64,000 nt of DNA from Opitutales bacterium (GCA_965197745.1 CBDANS010000005.1:288001-352000); one strand, 5' to 3'; shown: positions 1 to 11,848, numbered from the stretch's first letter. Notes: generated by a model from the letters alone, not told the origin. A program made the numbers and translations.

Positions 1-220
1 CATCTACACTGTGTAGTTTACCTCTTATCGATTCCTGGGTAACATCCTGCGTGCCGATGACGATGATTTCATAATTTGTCGTTTGCCCCAAATGGATAAC
101 CGGTGGATCGAATCGGCTGCGGACGACAACGTTTTGCGCTTGTAATGGAGCGCTCCATAAGCACGAGGCTGAGGCAATTATTAAAAAACAAATTTTTGAT
201 AATATTGGAGAGTAATTCAT
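1..220 (-). CDS. batD: BatD-family protein, N-terminal part (runs off the window start)
   Basis: Manual translation from ATG 220, which overlaps the upstream TAA as TAATG: MNYSPILSKICFLIIASASCLWSAPLQAQNVVVRSRFDPPVIHLGQTTNYEIIVIG. Signal peptide plus BatD-like start, in the expected position after batB/C. Confidence 0.7.
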   Translation of the reverse strand, partial: MNYSPILSKICFLIIASASCLWSAPLQAQNVVVRSRFDPPVIHLGQTTNYEIIVIGTQDVTQESIRGKLHSVD

Positions 221-2088
221 TACCAGTCCATGATGATCTCATTTTCTTGAGGCATAGGTTCCTCCGGATTTTCAAGAAAGGCTGCGGGCAACTTTTTTTC
301 TCCATCTTTTAAAGCATCAAGTAATTGTCGCGCTTCTTCTCGAGTCATGCTGCCAGGGATTCGTTCAGGTTGAGAGGGTTCCTCCTGTTCTTCGCTATCG
401 GGACTATCTTGAGAGTTTTGCTCCTGATTATCCTCTTCTGGTTTTTGCTCCTGTGACTCTGTTTCGTTCTCTTGATTTTGATCCTGTTTATTGTCTTTCT
501 GATCATCCTCTTGCTGAGGTGATGAATTTTGTTGGTCTTGATTTTGATTTTCTTCCTCTTGATCTTCGTTTTGCTGCTCCTGATTATCCTCTTGTTCTTG
601 CTGCTGTTTTTTTAATTCTACGAGGCGCTTTTTCAAAAACGCGTGATTGAATTTCGCGTCTTCATCCTCGGAATTGAGATTGATAGCATTTTCGTAATCT
701 TTCAGGCCCTGTTCCCAGAGGGTTATCGTTTCTTGAGGATTATTCTCCAGTTGACTTTCTCCCATGCGATAATGGGTATTCCCAAGATTATAAAAAGCAC
801 TTTCCTGTAACGATAAATTTTCGCTGGCCAGTGCTTTATCAAGAGCCTCTTGGGCTTGATCGTAATCGGCAGAACGATAGAGACTGGCGCCTAAATTATA
901 ATAAAGCCTTGAATCTTCAGGGTTCTTGTCGATTGATTCCCGGTATTCATTTCCAGCTTTTTCAAATTCACCTTTTTCATACAGATCTCCCGCTTTTTGT
1001 GGTGAACCGCTAAGGGGTAATGATTGTGCCAACAAGAGGGTGAATAGGAGCATTGCCATTCCGATAAACGAAATCGACCGGGATCCCCTTTTGTGCCGCC
1101 TCGTTCCCAGTAAACTATCAATAAAGAAGGCAAGCAATGCCAAGCCTAATGGCCATTGGAAACGCTCTTGCGGGATTTTGTTCAATCGCGCTTCACGTTC
1201 CTGTTTGGGGATACTTTGGAGACCTTTTTCATAGACTAACTCAAGACCTTGACCGGTACTTCCCAGAGGGACGTAGAACGCATCTGTCGCATTTGCAATA
1301 TCCATCATCGTTGCCGTGTCTAATTTAGATTTTACAACGTTACCTTCATGATCGCGAAGGAAATCGACCTCCCCATTTGCCTGTTTTACCGGGATCAGTT
1401 CGCCTTCAGCACTCCCCACTCCCACCGTAAATATCTTAACACCCTCCGCGCTTGCTTTACGGGCAAGTTCAATACCACTACTATGAAGATCCTCGCCGTC
1501 GGTGATCATTACCAGTATCTTATAATTGTCATCATGGGCGAATGAGGCTGAGGCCTCCCTGATCGCAGATGCTATATTTGTTCCGCCCACAGGTATTGTC
1601 CCCGTATCAATAATTTCAAGTGTTTGGTTAAATGCATCGTAATCAAGGGTCAATGGGCATTGGAGGAATGCCTGGCCGGAGAATGCGATAAGTCCTACGC
1701 GGTCACCCTCCAGTTTTTTTACGAGATCAAAAACGGCAAACTTCGCACGCTCGAGTCGATTCGGTTTAATATCTTCGGCCAGCATACTTTTTGATGTATC
1801 GAGGGCGATGAGGATATCGATTCCCCGCCCCTTTGTTTCTTGCCAGTGATGCCCCCATTGGGGCCTCGACAGAGCAATCATGATAAAGAGGATTCCGGCA
1901 ATGGTTAAGGTGACTTTTACCTTACGTTTGTTACTGCTATAGGAATCTGCCAGGCTGGCTAGTAAATTTGAAGCGGCAAAATGAGATAGCATATTAAGCT
2001 TCTTCATTTCTGAGCGATAAAAGAAAATTACCAGCACGGGCAGTGCCAGAAGGAAAACGATAATCCAGGGATGGGAAGCGAAAGTCAT
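220..2088 (-). CDS. VWA domain + TPR protein (BatB-BatC fusion)
   Basis: BatA-type N-terminal TM, VWA MIDAS DTSKS and TDGED, second TM, TPRs (YYNLGASLYR, FYNLGNTHYR), Q/E/N-rich linker, C-terminal DW typical of BatC. Confidence 0.85.
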   Translation of the reverse strand: MTFASHPWIIVFLLALPVLVIFFYRSEMKKLNMLSHFAASNLLASLADSYSSNKRKVKVTLTIAGILFIMIALSRPQWGHHWQETKGRGIDILIALDTSKSMLAEDIKPNRLERAKFAVFDLVKKLEGDRVGLIAFSGQAFLQCPLTLDYDAFNQTLEIIDTGTIPVGGTNIASAIREASASFAHDDNYKILVMITDGEDLHSSGIELARKASAEGVKIFTVGVGSAEGELIPVKQANGEVDFLRDHEGNVVKSKLDTATMMDIANATDAFYVPLGSTGQGLELVYEKGLQSIPKQEREARLNKIPQERFQWPLGLALLAFFIDSLLGTRRHKRGSRSISFIGMAMLLFTLLLAQSLPLSGSPQKAGDLYEKGEFEKAGNEYRESIDKNPEDSRLYYNLGASLYRSADYDQAQEALDKALASENLSLQESAFYNLGNTHYRMGESQLENNPQETITLWEQGLKDYENAINLNSEDEDAKFNHAFLKKRLVELKKQQQEQEDNQEQQNEDQEEENQNQDQQNSSPQQEDDQKDNKQDQNQENETESQEQKPEEDNQEQNSQDSPDSEEQEEPSQPERIPGSMTREEARQLLDALKDGEKKLPAAFLENPEEPMPQENEIIMDW

Positions 2089-3110
2089 GGTAATCTTCGG
2101 TAACGGGTATTGCTGAGTAATTGCTCAAGGCCGATGAGCAAGAGAGAGACCAGGGCCGGCCATATGAATATGTCATGGAAAGTCGCCCGGTATTTTAGTT
2201 TTATTTCCGTCTTTTCCAGTTTATCAATTTCATCATAAATGGATGCGAGCGACTTTGTGTCTGTCGCTCGAAAGAATTCTGCCTTGGTTTTAGCGGCGAC
2301 TTTACGCAAAGTATCGATATCAACGTCAGACTTGGACTGGACCAGCCTCAATTTACCTTTTCGATCGCGCATAGGCTTACCGTATCGGTTAAATTGCGGC
2401 ATGGGAACAAGCCCTTCACGACCGGCTCCAATAGTGTAGACTTTAATATTAAAGGCCGCGGCGGCCTCGGCCGCGGCGATGGGAGCTACTTTACCTCGGT
2501 TATTTGCTCCATCAGTTAATAAAATGACAATTCGGCTTTTTGCGGATTGAGCACGCAGTCGGTTTACACTGATACCAATAGCGCTGCCGATGGCTGTGCC
2601 ATCTTCAATCAAGCCAATCTCCAGGCGCTCAAGATTTTGCAATAACCAGCCATGATTGAGGGTGAGCGGGCTTACGAGGTAGGGTTCGCCGGCAAAGGCG
2701 ATAATCCCGATACGATCATTCGGGCGTTTTTTAATGAAATTTTCCATTACATTCTTTGCCACCGTCAAGCGATCTCTGGGCTTATCCTTAATTTTAAAAT
2801 CATGGGCCCACATTGAAGATGAAAGATCGACAGCCAAAACGATATCGATACCGCTCGCTTCTATATCTGAAGATCCGCTTCCCAACTGTGGTCTTGCCAT
2901 GGCCAGAATTAGAGCGGTTAAAGCGAGCAGGCGTAAGGATGCAATAAATCTTCCCGGCCGGCTTCTCACTAACATCGAGATCTGACGTGCCAGTGCGATT
3001 GTGGAAAATCTTACTGCAGCAGAACTTCCTCTGCCTCCCCGGAGAAACGATAAGAGGGGGATGAGAAGAAGAAGCCAAAGTAATTCAGGCGATTCAAACC
3101 GAAAAATCAT
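2085..3110 (-). CDS. batA: VWA domain protein BatA
   Basis: Motifs LARPQ, DLSSSM, DGTAIG, LLTDGANN, KVYTIG; lies in the Bat operon. Confidence 0.85.
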   Translation of the reverse strand: MIFRFESPELLWLLLLIPLLSFLRGGRGSSAAVRFSTIALARQISMLVRSRPGRFIASLRLLALTALILAMARPQLGSGSSDIEASGIDIVLAVDLSSSMWAHDFKIKDKPRDRLTVAKNVMENFIKKRPNDRIGIIAFAGEPYLVSPLTLNHGWLLQNLERLEIGLIEDGTAIGSAIGISVNRLRAQSAKSRIVILLTDGANNRGKVAPIAAAEAAAAFNIKVYTIGAGREGLVPMPQFNRYGKPMRDRKGKLRLVQSKSDVDIDTLRKVAAKTKAEFFRATDTKSLASIYDEIDKLEKTEIKLKYRATFHDIFIWPALVSLLLIGLEQLLSNTRYRRLP

Positions 3111-3856
3111 GATGGCGAATTGGCAATTGAAGGGGAATCAGAATTTATATTGTGGGCCTCTTGTCCCAACATAGCTGCCCGCATATGGGTTTTTACGTAG
3201 CTTTCCTCGATAAAATTTTCTGCCTTCTCGTAGAGTCCTTTCATTTGTCCTAATCCAAGAGGTTGGCGGGCGAATTTTACCAGATCACAGTCTTGAAGAA
3301 ATCCGGTTAAGTGATCGGCGAGTGAATCCTTTATGAGAATGTGTCCCGAAATTTCGGTGAGAAATTCTTCCGTTGTGCGTTCAGGTGCAGGCATCGCAAA
3401 CTGCCCCTCCAGATAGTGGCGAAGGACATCAGAAACCGCTATGGAAAAAGCTTTGTCCTGGCCGTTCTCCATTAAAGGACGTGTGTTTTTTAAATCTTTT
3501 AATGCCCTATCGTAGGGAGTGAGTCTTGTTTCTTTGGCTTTTTTTGCATCTCTTCTTTTAAACCATTGGTAGAAGAGGTAACATAATGCGAGGATCCCAA
3601 CTATTATTCCAGCAGCGATTGCGTAGGGTAACCAGGGGTAGGGTATTCTTACGGGGTCGCGAATGTCGCGAATATCTTCAGCTTCTTCAAGGGCAGTCTC
3701 TTCCTGAGCGCTATTGCTTGCTGTCTGGGTTGGAGGTATCGATGAATTGTCGACTTGGGCGAGCAGTATAAATGGACAAAAAATCAAGCATAGCCACACC
3801 TTGAAATTAGTGAATGATGGAAGGCTTAGTATACGTCTATGGGATGTAAATTTCAT
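3107..3856 (-). CDS. Membrane protein of the Bat operon (DUF4381-like)
   Basis: DIRDIRDP before a TM helix, then LRHYLE..F..ERTTEEFL and CDLVKFA; sits between DUF58 and batA. Confidence 0.7.
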   Translation of the reverse strand: MKFTSHRRILSLPSFTNFKVWLCLIFCPFILLAQVDNSSIPPTQTASNSAQEETALEEAEDIRDIRDPVRIPYPWLPYAIAAGIIVGILALCYLFYQWFKRRDAKKAKETRLTPYDRALKDLKNTRPLMENGQDKAFSIAVSDVLRHYLEGQFAMPAPERTTEEFLTEISGHILIKDSLADHLTGFLQDCDLVKFARQPLGLGQMKGLYEKAENFIEESYVKTHMRAAMLGQEAHNINSDSPSIANSPS

Positions 3857-4794
3857 CGGCGCCTTTCACGTTTTTGGAAAAAATTGCGCAGGCTAAAAAT
3901 ATAGGGCCTGGCCGTGGAAACGGAAAAATGATCTATCCCACATTGTCTCAAGCCACGTTGCAGAGCTTCGTAACGGCGATGATTTTGAAAATGGTAGAGA
4001 TCTCGGATTTTAGGATTAAGGGTATCGATTTCTACCTGTTCACCGGTTTCAGCATCTTCTAATGTAACTATACCAACCCTTGGCAGTTCAAATTCTCGAG
4101 GGTCAGACAAATCGATGCATATTAAATCGTGTCTTTTATTAGCAAGAGACATGGTTTTAAAAAGGTTATCACGCTTTCCGGTATGGGGGCGTATCCATTC
4201 CAGGGATTCTTCAGTCAGAAAATCGGAGAGAAGAAAGGTCACAGCATGGCGTCTTACTACCCGGTTCAGGTAATCTAATGCCTCGGTTATGTCAGTGCCT
4301 CGATGTTTGGGTTCAAAAAACAGAATTTCTCGAATCACTCGTAAAATATGCTGCCTGCCTTTTGCCGGGTGTATAAATTTTTCTACCTGATCAGTAAATA
4401 GAAGCAGACCTACCTTGTCATTATTACGTGTCGCGGAAAAAGCGAGGACACTCGCCAGCTCTGCTGCGAGTTCCCTTTTGCTGACCTCGACTGAGCCAAA
4501 ATCACCCGATGCGCTGAGATCGACAAGGAGCATAATGGTTAATTCACGTTCTTCACGGTAGAGCTTTACGAAGGGACGGTTCATCTTTGCGGTCACATTC
4601 CAATCGATGCTGCGCACATCATCACCGGCAGTGTATTCTCGTACTTCCTGAAAGTCCATTCCCTGGCCTTTGAATACACTGTGATAGGCGCCAACAAGTG
4701 ATTCTGTAACAAATCGGCGACTGTGTATTTCGACTTGTCGGACCTTCCGCAGGATCTGGCGCGTACGTTCAGCTTTTTCGTCCATAAAGCTCAA
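3853..4794 (-). CDS. DUF58 domain protein
   Basis: GAYHSVFKGQGMDFQEVREY..GDDVRSIDWNVTA and EERELT. True start may be ATG 4785. Confidence 0.9.
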   Translation of the reverse strand: MSFMDEKAERTRQILRKVRQVEIHSRRFVTESLVGAYHSVFKGQGMDFQEVREYTAGDDVRSIDWNVTAKMNRPFVKLYREERELTIMLLVDLSASGDFGSVEVSKRELAAELASVLAFSATRNNDKVGLLLFTDQVEKFIHPAKGRQHILRVIREILFFEPKHRGTDITEALDYLNRVVRRHAVTFLLSDFLTEESLEWIRPHTGKRDNLFKTMSLANKRHDLICIDLSDPREFELPRVGIVTLEDAETGEQVEIDTLNPKIRDLYHFQNHRRYEALQRGLRQCGIDHFSVSTARPYIFSLRNFFQKRERRR

Positions 4795-4830
4795 GCGATT
4801 ATTTGCACCTGTTAAGTTTACCTGTCCCGA

Positions 4831-5823
4831 TCAAGGAACAGGTATGGTGTCAAAAATTTTAGTGACCATGTCTTCGCTTTTAACCTCTTCCGCTTCTGCT
4901 TCATAGCTGACGATGATACGATGGCGCAGCACATCCATTCCAATCGTCTTTACATCCTGAGGTGTGACGTAGCCCCGACCTTGGAGAAAAGCCCAGCCTT
5001 TGGCTGCGAGCGTAAGATTGATGGTCGCTCGGGGTGAAGCCCCATATTGAATAAAGTCACGGATTTCTTCCAGCTTATAGTTTTCAGGCTGGCGTGTAGC
5101 GAGGACGATTTCCACGATGTAGTCTTTTACTTTTTCATCGATATAAATATCATTCACGACTTTACGGGACTCCAGAATTTTATGGGGATCGATAACCGCA
5201 TTGACATTGAGGTCGGGTGTCGTTGTCGCCATGGTGTCGAGTATTTTTCGTTCTTCATCACGGGTGGGATATTCAATTTTAAGCTTTAGCATGAAGCGAT
5301 CAACCTGTGCTTCGGGAAGATGGTAGGTGCCCTCCTGTTCGATGGGATTCTCGGTAGCGAGAACAAGAAATGGCTCGGGAAGAGGATAAGTATTCTCACC
5401 GAGCGTGACATTGTGTTCCTGCATCGCTTCAAGCAATGCACTCTGCACTTTCGCGGGAGCGCGATTTATTTCATCAGCGAGGATGAGGTTGGCAAAGATG
5501 GGACCTTTCTTTGTCGTAAATTCGCCCACGCCGGGATTGTATATCAGCGTGCCAATAATGTCTGCAGGCAATAAATCCGGGGTGAATTGAATACGCTGAA
5601 AGTGGGCTTGAATTGCTGAGGACAGGATGCGGATCGAAAGGGTCTTGGCCAAGCCCGGGACCCCTTCGAGAAGGACGTGACCATTGGCGATAAGTGAGAT
5701 GATAAGTCGATCAATCAAATATTGCTGTCCTATGATGATACGACTGATTTCCTGTTGCAGGAGTTTTACCCAGGTTGAGGACTCTTGCACGCGATCATTT
5801 ATTTCGGTCAAATTTACGGCCAT
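4831..5823 (-). CDS. moxR: MoxR-family AAA+ ATPase
   Basis: Walker A EGVPGLAKT, RIQFTPDLLPADI, Walker B LADEINRAPAKVQSALLEAM, NPIEQEGTY. Confidence 0.95.
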   Translation of the reverse strand: MAVNLTEINDRVQESSTWVKLLQQEISRIIIGQQYLIDRLIISLIANGHVLLEGVPGLAKTLSIRILSSAIQAHFQRIQFTPDLLPADIIGTLIYNPGVGEFTTKKGPIFANLILADEINRAPAKVQSALLEAMQEHNVTLGENTYPLPEPFLVLATENPIEQEGTYHLPEAQVDRFMLKLKIEYPTRDEERKILDTMATTTPDLNVNAVIDPHKILESRKVVNDIYIDEKVKDYIVEIVLATRQPENYKLEEIRDFIQYGASPRATINLTLAAKGWAFLQGRGYVTPQDVKTIGMDVLRHRIIVSYEAEAEEVKSEDMVTKIFDTIPVP

Positions 5824-6029
5824 TGATGCTGGTGGTGTTCGTGTTTATGGAATCTGGTTATTAAAGCGTAATTTTAAAAAGAGACAGATTGTTCAAATCA
5901 AGGTTTCATTTTAATTATAAAATACAAAACTGTGCGTGAATAGGTCATATAATTCTGTCAATATAGCGAATATAAATTTTATTATTTAATCCCGTACTTT
6001 AAATGTAATTTCAGCGTTCGAGAGGGGAC

Positions 6030-6058
6030 TTGACAAGGGAAATGACCGTAATTAGATT
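6030..6058 (+). promoter_or_regulatory. Sigma70-type promoter of the nusA operon
   Basis: TTGACA (6030-6035), 17-nt spacer, TAGATT (6053-6058), upstream of the nusA leader. Confidence 0.65.
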
Positions 6059-6087
6059 GATGCGTTTCAATGCCTTTTAACATGACG

Positions 6088-6114
6088 AAGGTGGGTTTCG
6101 ACCCGCTTTTTTTT
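6088..6114 (+). promoter_or_regulatory. Leader terminator hairpin (rimP-leader-like attenuator)
   Basis: AAGGTGGGT-TTCG-ACCCGCTT followed by a T-run, located between the promoter and the nusA start. Confidence 0.6.
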
Positions 6115-6135
6115 ATCACTATTATTTTATGCCCG

Positions 6136-7386
6136 ATGAGTAATGAAATCCTTTCAGTTCTTGAATACATGGAGAAAGAAAAAGGGATTGGACGCGAGGA
6201 TATGATCAGCGCGATCGTCAACGCTATACGCGGGGCTGCTACGAGGGGAGATAGCACAGGACAGGAATTAAAAATCGAGATCGATCCTAAGACAGGGGAA
6301 TTGCAAGCCTGGGCAAAGTTACTGGTGGTCGATTCATTCAGTGACTCCAAAACTGAGATTCCCGTTGAGAAAGCCCGTCAGTTTGACGAAAGTATTCAAG
6401 TTGGCGAATTTATAGAAAAGGAAATAGATCCTGCCTATCTTGGGCGCATTGCGGCACAGACCGCCCGTCAAACGATCATGCAAAGGCTAAGGCAATTTGA
6501 AAAGGAACGCATTTATGACGATTATAAAGATATGATCGGCGATATCGTTTCCGGTGTGGCGCGAAGGCGTGAGCGCGGTGACCTCATTGTTGATCTGGGT
6601 AAGGCCGAAGCTATTTTACCCCCCAAGGAGCGAGTCCCGGGAGAGGATTATGCCCCCGGCGAGCGGATCAGATGTTTGCTCCTTAATATTGATCATAGCA
6701 ATCGAGGCCCAGAGCTTATACTCAGTCGCGCCAGCGTGCGTTTTGTAAGGAGACTTTTTGAACTTGAAGTCACGGAAATCGCGGATGGAACGGTGGCCAT
6801 AGAAACGATATCTCGAGAGCCTGGTTATCGCACAAAAATTGCAGTGAACAGCAGCGATCCTAAAGTTGATCCGGTGGGTGCTTGTGTCGGAGCGCGAGGA
6901 GCGCGCGTAAAAAGTATTGTGCGAGAACTGGGGGGAGAAAAAATTGATATTATTCGTTATTACAGTGACCCCGTTCGCATGCTGGAAGAAGCTATTAAGC
7001 CGGCCATCCCGAAAAATATAAAAATCGACGAAGCTAATCGCCGTATTAATTTTGAAGTGTCGGAAGACGATCTTTCAGTGGCTATAGGTCGCAGAGGACA
7101 GAATGCCCGACTTACTTCCCGCCTGCTTGGGTGGAAGCTGGATATCGCCAAGGAACAAAAATTGGACGATGGTTTTGAGTCCCGCGTTGAAGCTGCAGTT
7201 GCCGGGTGGCATGATGTTTCCGGCATAAGTGATGAAACGGCTCAAGGTCTTGTCAATATGGGTATAGTCAGTCCCGAAGCATTTATCGGTGTAGAATTGA
7301 ATGACCTTATCGATACTGGATTCAGCAAAGAGGAAGCGGCCATGATTATCGAGAAAGTATCTGAATATCGCAAAAGCACGGGGTGA
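6136..7386 (+). CDS. nusA: Transcription termination factor NusA
   Basis: [23 protein letters not shown]1 and KH motifs ([30 protein letters not shown]). Start moved to ATG 6136, downstream of the leader hairpin. Confidence 0.97.
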   Translation: MSNEILSVLEYMEKEKGIGREDMISAIVNAIRGAATRGDSTGQELKIEIDPKTGELQAWAKLLVVDSFSDSKTEIPVEKARQFDESIQVGEFIEKEIDPAYLGRIAAQTARQTIMQRLRQFEKERIYDDYKDMIGDIVSGVARRRERGDLIVDLGKAEAILPPKERVPGEDYAPGERIRCLLLNIDHSNRGPELILSRASVRFVRRLFELEVTEIADGTVAIETISREPGYRTKIAVNSSDPKVDPVGACVGARGARVKSIVRELGGEKIDIIRYYSDPVRMLEEAIKPAIPKNIKIDEANRRINFEVSEDDLSVAIGRRGQNARLTSRLLGWKLDIAKEQKLDDGFESRVEAAVAGWHDVSGISDETAQGLVNMGIVSPEAFIGVELNDLIDTGFSKEEAAMIIEKVSEYRKSTG

Positions 7387-7402
7387 CGAATAATTAGAAT
7401 AA

Positions 7403-9679
7403 ATGAGCGTTCGTATCTATCAGTTGGCAAAACAGATTGGAATGGAGAATAAGGAGTTGATCGCACTCCTGAATAAGCGCGGCTATGATCTTAAAAGTGC
7501 TTCGAGCAGTATTGATAATATTTCAGCGGAAAGCCTTGTAAAAGAATACGAGAAAGATGCTGAAGAGGCAGTAGTTAACTCTCCTAAGAAAAAGAAGACA
7601 GCGGGGAAAAAGACTTCAGTGAAAGCCGCGAAAGTCGATAAACCCACCCTTCCAAAGGGTGCGATCGTCAAAAGTAAAGAAGACGTTGAGCGTGAGCGCG
7701 AGAAGAAGGATGATCGGAAAAAAACAAAAGAAACAGCAACTAAAGTCACGAGTAAGCCTTCATCTAAAATTCCTGAAAGTCCCATTGTTGATTCACCGGT
7801 AAATAATAAGCCTTCTCCATTGAATCCACCGCAACTCGCTCCTCCGGTGCCGGTCACTGTGAAGAAAGCAGAGACGGAAACAGGAGATAAGGAGATTGCT
7901 GATTTGCCCATATTGCAGGTCAAACCCCCTATTGTGGTGCGTGATTTTGCAGGTCAACTCGAGATGAAACCGTTTCGTCTCATTTCTGAACTTATGGAAA
8001 TGAATATTTTTGCCTCGATGAATCAACTTATTGAGGAGGATGTCGCGAGGAAAATTGCGGAAAAACATGGTTATCTACTGGAAGTGCGGCACCGAGGTGA
8101 GGCGGTGGATGTATCTAAAAAAGAAAAAGCGGTTATCGAGAAACCGGATGAGAGTGAATTTCTTGAATCTCGACCCTCTGTTGTCTGTATCCTCGGTCAT
8201 GTTGATCATGGCAAAACGACATTGCTTGATACCCTTAGGAAAAGTAATGTCGTGGCTGGTGAAGCCGGAGGAATTACACAGCATATAGGAGCTTACCAGA
8301 TTGAACACAAGGGGCATAAAATTACTTTTATCGACACACCAGGTCACGCGGCATTTTCCAATATGCGCATGCGTGGGGCCAATACTACAGATATAGCAAT
8401 TCTCGTCGTGGCCGCTGATGATGGATTCATGCCTCAATCAGATGAGGCCCTTGGTCATGCTAAAGCAGCAGGAGTCCCCATTGTCGTTGCCATAAACAAA
8501 ACCGATGTGAAGGGAGCCAACATTGATCGGGTAAAAACGCAAATGCAAGATCGTGGAATAGCTTCGGAAGACTGGGGTGGTGAAACTATTGCCGTCTCCA
8601 TTTCAGCGCTTAAAGGAGAGAATTTGGATGAATTACTGGATATGATCCTTCTTCAGGCTGAAATAATGGAATTAAAAGCTAATCCTAAGAGTATGGCTGA
8701 GGGCGTCTTACTGGAATCGCAGAAAGAGCAGGGCCGTGGACCTACCGCTTCGGTTCTCGTCCAAAAAGGAACGCTTAAAATCGGGGATGCAATTGTTTGT
8801 GGACCGCACTATTGTAAAGTGCGGGCTCTAACCGATGACTCAGGGAAGAATGTTAAAAATGGCGGCCCGGCGTCACCCCTTAAAGTTATTGGATGGTCTG
8901 GAGCGCCTGAAGCGGGTTCCCCATTCATTACCCTTAAAAATGAAAAAGACGCCAAGAGTGCCGCTGAAGAAAACGAAATAGCGCTGAAAAAGATGGGGCA
9001 GGTAATTGCTCCTCCGGAAGCTCCAGCATCAGTGGAATCCCTATTTGCGGCAATCGCGCAAACGCAAAAGAAAATATACAGGGTCGTCGTTAAAGCCGAC
9101 GTTTCTGGAACGGCCGAGGCCCTGGCTAATAGTTTAAAAGAAATTGAAAGCGATAAAGTTGATGTAGAAATCGTCCAGGTGGCCGTTGGAGCTATTAGTA
9201 AAAGCGATGTTCTCATGGCCAGTGCCGCGGAAGCTGCGATCGTTGGCTTTAATGTCACATTAGAAAGCGGGGTTTCAAGTTTTGCCAAGCACCACAATAT
9301 TAAATTCCACCTTCACGATGTTATTTATGAATTAATCGATGTCGTGAAGGAAGCGATGGCAGATACTCTTGAACCTGAAGAGCGTGAGAATAAAGTGGGT
9401 GCTGCTGAGGTAAGGCAAGTATTTCCGGTGGCAAAAGGATTTGTTGCTGGTTGTCTCGTCACCGAAGGGAGTATCACTCGTGATTGCCATGCCCGTCTTT
9501 ATCGGGATGGTAATATTGAGATTGAAAGTACTATTGATACGCTCAAGCGTTTTAAAGATGACGCGAACCAAGTGCGCGCCGGATTTGAATGCGGTATAGG
9601 GTTTAATAGTTTTACTGACTATAAAGAAGGTGACATAATTGAATGTTTCGAGATTGAGAAGATACAACCATCACTTTGA
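7403..9679 (+). CDS. infB: Translation initiation factor IF-2
   Basis: N-terminal [35 protein letters not shown]. Confidence 0.98.
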   Translation: MSVRIYQLAKQIGMENKELIALLNKRGYDLKSASSSIDNISAESLVKEYEKDAEEAVVNSPKKKKTAGKKTSVKAAKVDKPTLPKGAIVKSKEDVEREREKKDDRKKTKETATKVTSKPSSKIPESPIVDSPVNNKPSPLNPPQLAPPVPVTVKKAETETGDKEIADLPILQVKPPIVVRDFAGQLEMKPFRLISELMEMNIFASMNQLIEEDVARKIAEKHGYLLEVRHRGEAVDVSKKEKAVIEKPDESEFLESRPSVVCILGHVDHGKTTLLDTLRKSNVVAGEAGGITQHIGAYQIEHKGHKITFIDTPGHAAFSNMRMRGANTTDIAILVVAADDGFMPQSDEALGHAKAAGVPIVVAINKTDVKGANIDRVKTQMQDRGIASEDWGGETIAVSISALKGENLDELLDMILLQAEIMELKANPKSMAEGVLLESQKEQGRGPTASVLVQKGTLKIGDAIVCGPHYCKVRALTDDSGKNVKNGGPASPLKVIGWSGAPEAGSPFITLKNEKDAKSAAEENEIALKKMGQVIAPPEAPASVESLFAAIAQTQKKIYRVVVKADVSGTAEALANSLKEIESDKVDVEIVQVAVGAISKSDVLMASAAEAAIVGFNVTLESGVSSFAKHHNIKFHLHDVIYELIDVVKEAMADTLEPEERENKVGAAEVRQVFPVAKGFVAGCLVTEGSITRDCHARLYRDGNIEIESTIDTLKRFKDDANQVRAGFECGIGFNSFTDYKEGDIIECFEIEKIQPSL

Positions 9680-9758
9680 ACTTACTCCAGTTCATGAGTG
9701 TCACGCTATCCTCATAGCGAATTAGGAGTGATATATTTCATCGGGAAGGTAAGGGCTT

Positions 9759-10103
9759 ATGGGGCAGAGAATAGTTCGAGTTTGCGAGTTGGTTAAGCGG
9801 GAAATCAGTGATTTACTCCACACCCGTTATCAGACTGAGGCCGTGTATATTACGATTACAGAAGTCGAGGTGTCACCTGATCTCAGACACGCACGCGTTT
9901 TCTACTCTGTTGTAGGACAAGATAATCATGAGAAAGAGGCTAAAAGTTTTCTGCGCAGGCATGCTTCTGATATCCGACATCAAATCGGGAAAAGAATAGT
10001 ATTGAAATATCTGCCTATGCTGGAATTTATCCCCGATGACTCGATTGAACGGGGCATTCGCCTGAACACTCTTATTGACGAGCTTGATCCCGAAGGTGAG
10101 TGA
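9759..10103 (+). CDS. rbfA: 30S ribosome-binding factor RbfA
   Basis: ITEVEVSPDLRHARVF and LKYLPMLEFIPD; follows infB. Confidence 0.95.
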   Translation: MGQRIVRVCELVKREISDLLHTRYQTEAVYITITEVEVSPDLRHARVFYSVVGQDNHEKEAKSFLRRHASDIRHQIGKRIVLKYLPMLEFIPDDSIERGIRLNTLIDELDPEGE

Positions 10104-10166
10104 TAACAACGCCCTTTTTTAGAAGGATCAAAATAAAATTCTCCTGACATTGCATCCATTTTAATC

Positions 10167-10892
10167 ATGAATATTGAACCAACCTCCTTTGAAGGTGTTC
10201 TCCTCATTGATAAACCCCATGGGATGACTTCTCACGATGTCGTGGATCATGTACGGCGAAAACTTAAGATGAAACGTATTGGTCATGCCGGCACGCTGGA
10301 TCCAATAGCGACGGGCCTTCTTATCATTCTTGTGGGAAAAGCGACCAAGCTGTCACAATATTTGATGAGTTTAGATAAATCGTATGAGGGGACTATCTTA
10401 TTAGGGAAGACCACGGATTCACATGACAGTGAAGGTGAGGTGATCGCCACAGCAGCGGTTCCTCAAATGAACCAAGAGGAATTGTCAGCCTATATGAAAT
10501 TATTTCTCGGTGATCAATACCAGACACCTCCGATGTATTCAGCGAAGAAAATTCATGGCAGGCCACTCTACAAACTGGCCCGAAAGGGGATGACGGTAGA
10601 AAGGGAACCTCGGTTTATTCGCGTAAATTCCTTTGAACTTCTGCAGTGGCAATCTCCCGAGTTAGACATTGCCTTAAGTTGTAGTAAAGGCACATACGTG
10701 CGTACCATTGCTAATGATTTAGGGCAAAAAATTGGCTGTGGAGCCCACTTATTGAGACTTAAAAGAGTCGCTACCGATAAATTTAACCTCGATGAGGCAT
10801 TACCGTTAGATGAATTTGAAGCCCTACCTCTCGAGCAAATTCAGCGATTGCTTATTCCTGGTTACCAAGCGGTGCCCAGCCATGTTTTGTGA
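10167..10892 (+). CDS. truB: tRNA pseudouridine(55) synthase TruB
   Basis: [43 protein letters not shown]. Confidence 0.97.
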   Translation: MNIEPTSFEGVLLIDKPHGMTSHDVVDHVRRKLKMKRIGHAGTLDPIATGLLIILVGKATKLSQYLMSLDKSYEGTILLGKTTDSHDSEGEVIATAAVPQMNQEELSAYMKLFLGDQYQTPPMYSAKKIHGRPLYKLARKGMTVEREPRFIRVNSFELLQWQSPELDIALSCSKGTYVRTIANDLGQKIGCGAHLLRLKRVATDKFNLDEALPLDEFEALPLEQIQRLLIPGYQAVPSHVL

Positions 10893-11848
10893 AGCTTCCC
10901 GCAATAGTAGAAAATTTAAAGGCAGTAGAATTAAAGGGTAAATCACTGCATTTGGCCATCGGTGTATTCGATGGTCTCCACTTGGGCCATCTGGCCATCA
11001 TAGAGTCGACCATACAGTCCGCCCGACAACGCGGTGCCGTATCTGGAGTTCTCACATTTTACCCCCATCCCAGTCGTATTCTCAATCCCCATCGACCCAC
11101 CCTCCTTCTCATGAGTGAGCAAGATAAGGTAAAAAAAATAAGAGAGCTGGGAATCGATCTGGTTATTCAAAAATTATTTACCTCTGACTTTGCCGCTATT
11201 AAAGCGAATGAATTTATCCCCTATTTAAAAAAATATTTACCTGAGCTCCAGGCCATCTATGTAGGTGAAAATTTTCGCTTTGGGCAGGGGAGGAGTGGTA
11301 AAGCGAGTCTCCTTCTTCACGAAGCTGAAAAACACAACCTTGAAGTGTTCATACAAGCCCCTTTAAAATTAAATGGCTTAGCAATAAGTAGTACGCACAT
11401 TCGCAAAAATCTAATTGATGGTCAGATCGCAGCAGCTAATAAAATGTTGGGTTATACCTATTTCAGTTATGGGCAAATTGAGTCGGGACTGAAGATCGGG
11501 CGTAAAATGGGTTTTCCTACGATTAATGTATCCTGGACTCCGGAATTACAGCCACGTTACGGTGTCTATGCCGTGAAAGTCCACTCTGACAATGCCGTCG
11601 CCGGTTTCAATGGGGTAGCTAATTATGGGGTGCGACCTACTTTTTCACTTGATAACGATCCAAAATTGGAGGTGCACATGTTTGAAAGTTCAGATCTAAA
11701 ATCCGGAGATAAGGTTACCGTCGAGTGGTATTCATTTATTCGGCCGGAGGTGAAGTTTAATACCGAAGGTGATCTTAAGAAACAAATTGTCATCGACAAG
11801 GCTGAAGCAAAGAATTTTTTTTCCATTCTTGACTCCGGTCGTGGGTAA
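10889..11848 (+). CDS. ribF: Bifunctional riboflavin kinase/FAD synthetase
   Basis: [36 protein letters not shown]. Confidence 0.95.
   Translation: MKLPAIVENLKAVELKGKSLHLAIGVFDGLHLGHLAIIESTIQSARQRGAVSGVLTFYPHPSRILNPHRPTLLLMSEQDKVKKIRELGIDLVIQKLFTSDFAAIKANEFIPYLKKYLPELQAIYVGENFRFGQGRSGKASLLLHEAEKHNLEVFIQAPLKLNGLAISSTHIRKNLIDGQIAAANKMLGYTYFSYGQIESGLKIGRKMGFPTINVSWTPELQPRYGVYAVKVHSDNAVAGFNGVANYGVRPTFSLDNDPKLEVHMFESSDLKSGDKVTVEWYSFIRPEVKFNTEGDLKKQIVIDKAEAKNFFSILDSGRG

Noticed and set aside
380..610. Low-complexity TC-rich tract as a repeat element
   Set aside because: It encodes the Q/E/N/D linker of the BatB-C protein.
6070..6135. N-terminal extension of NusA in the ORF track
   Set aside because: It runs across the leader hairpin; the NusA-like sequence begins at ATG 6136.
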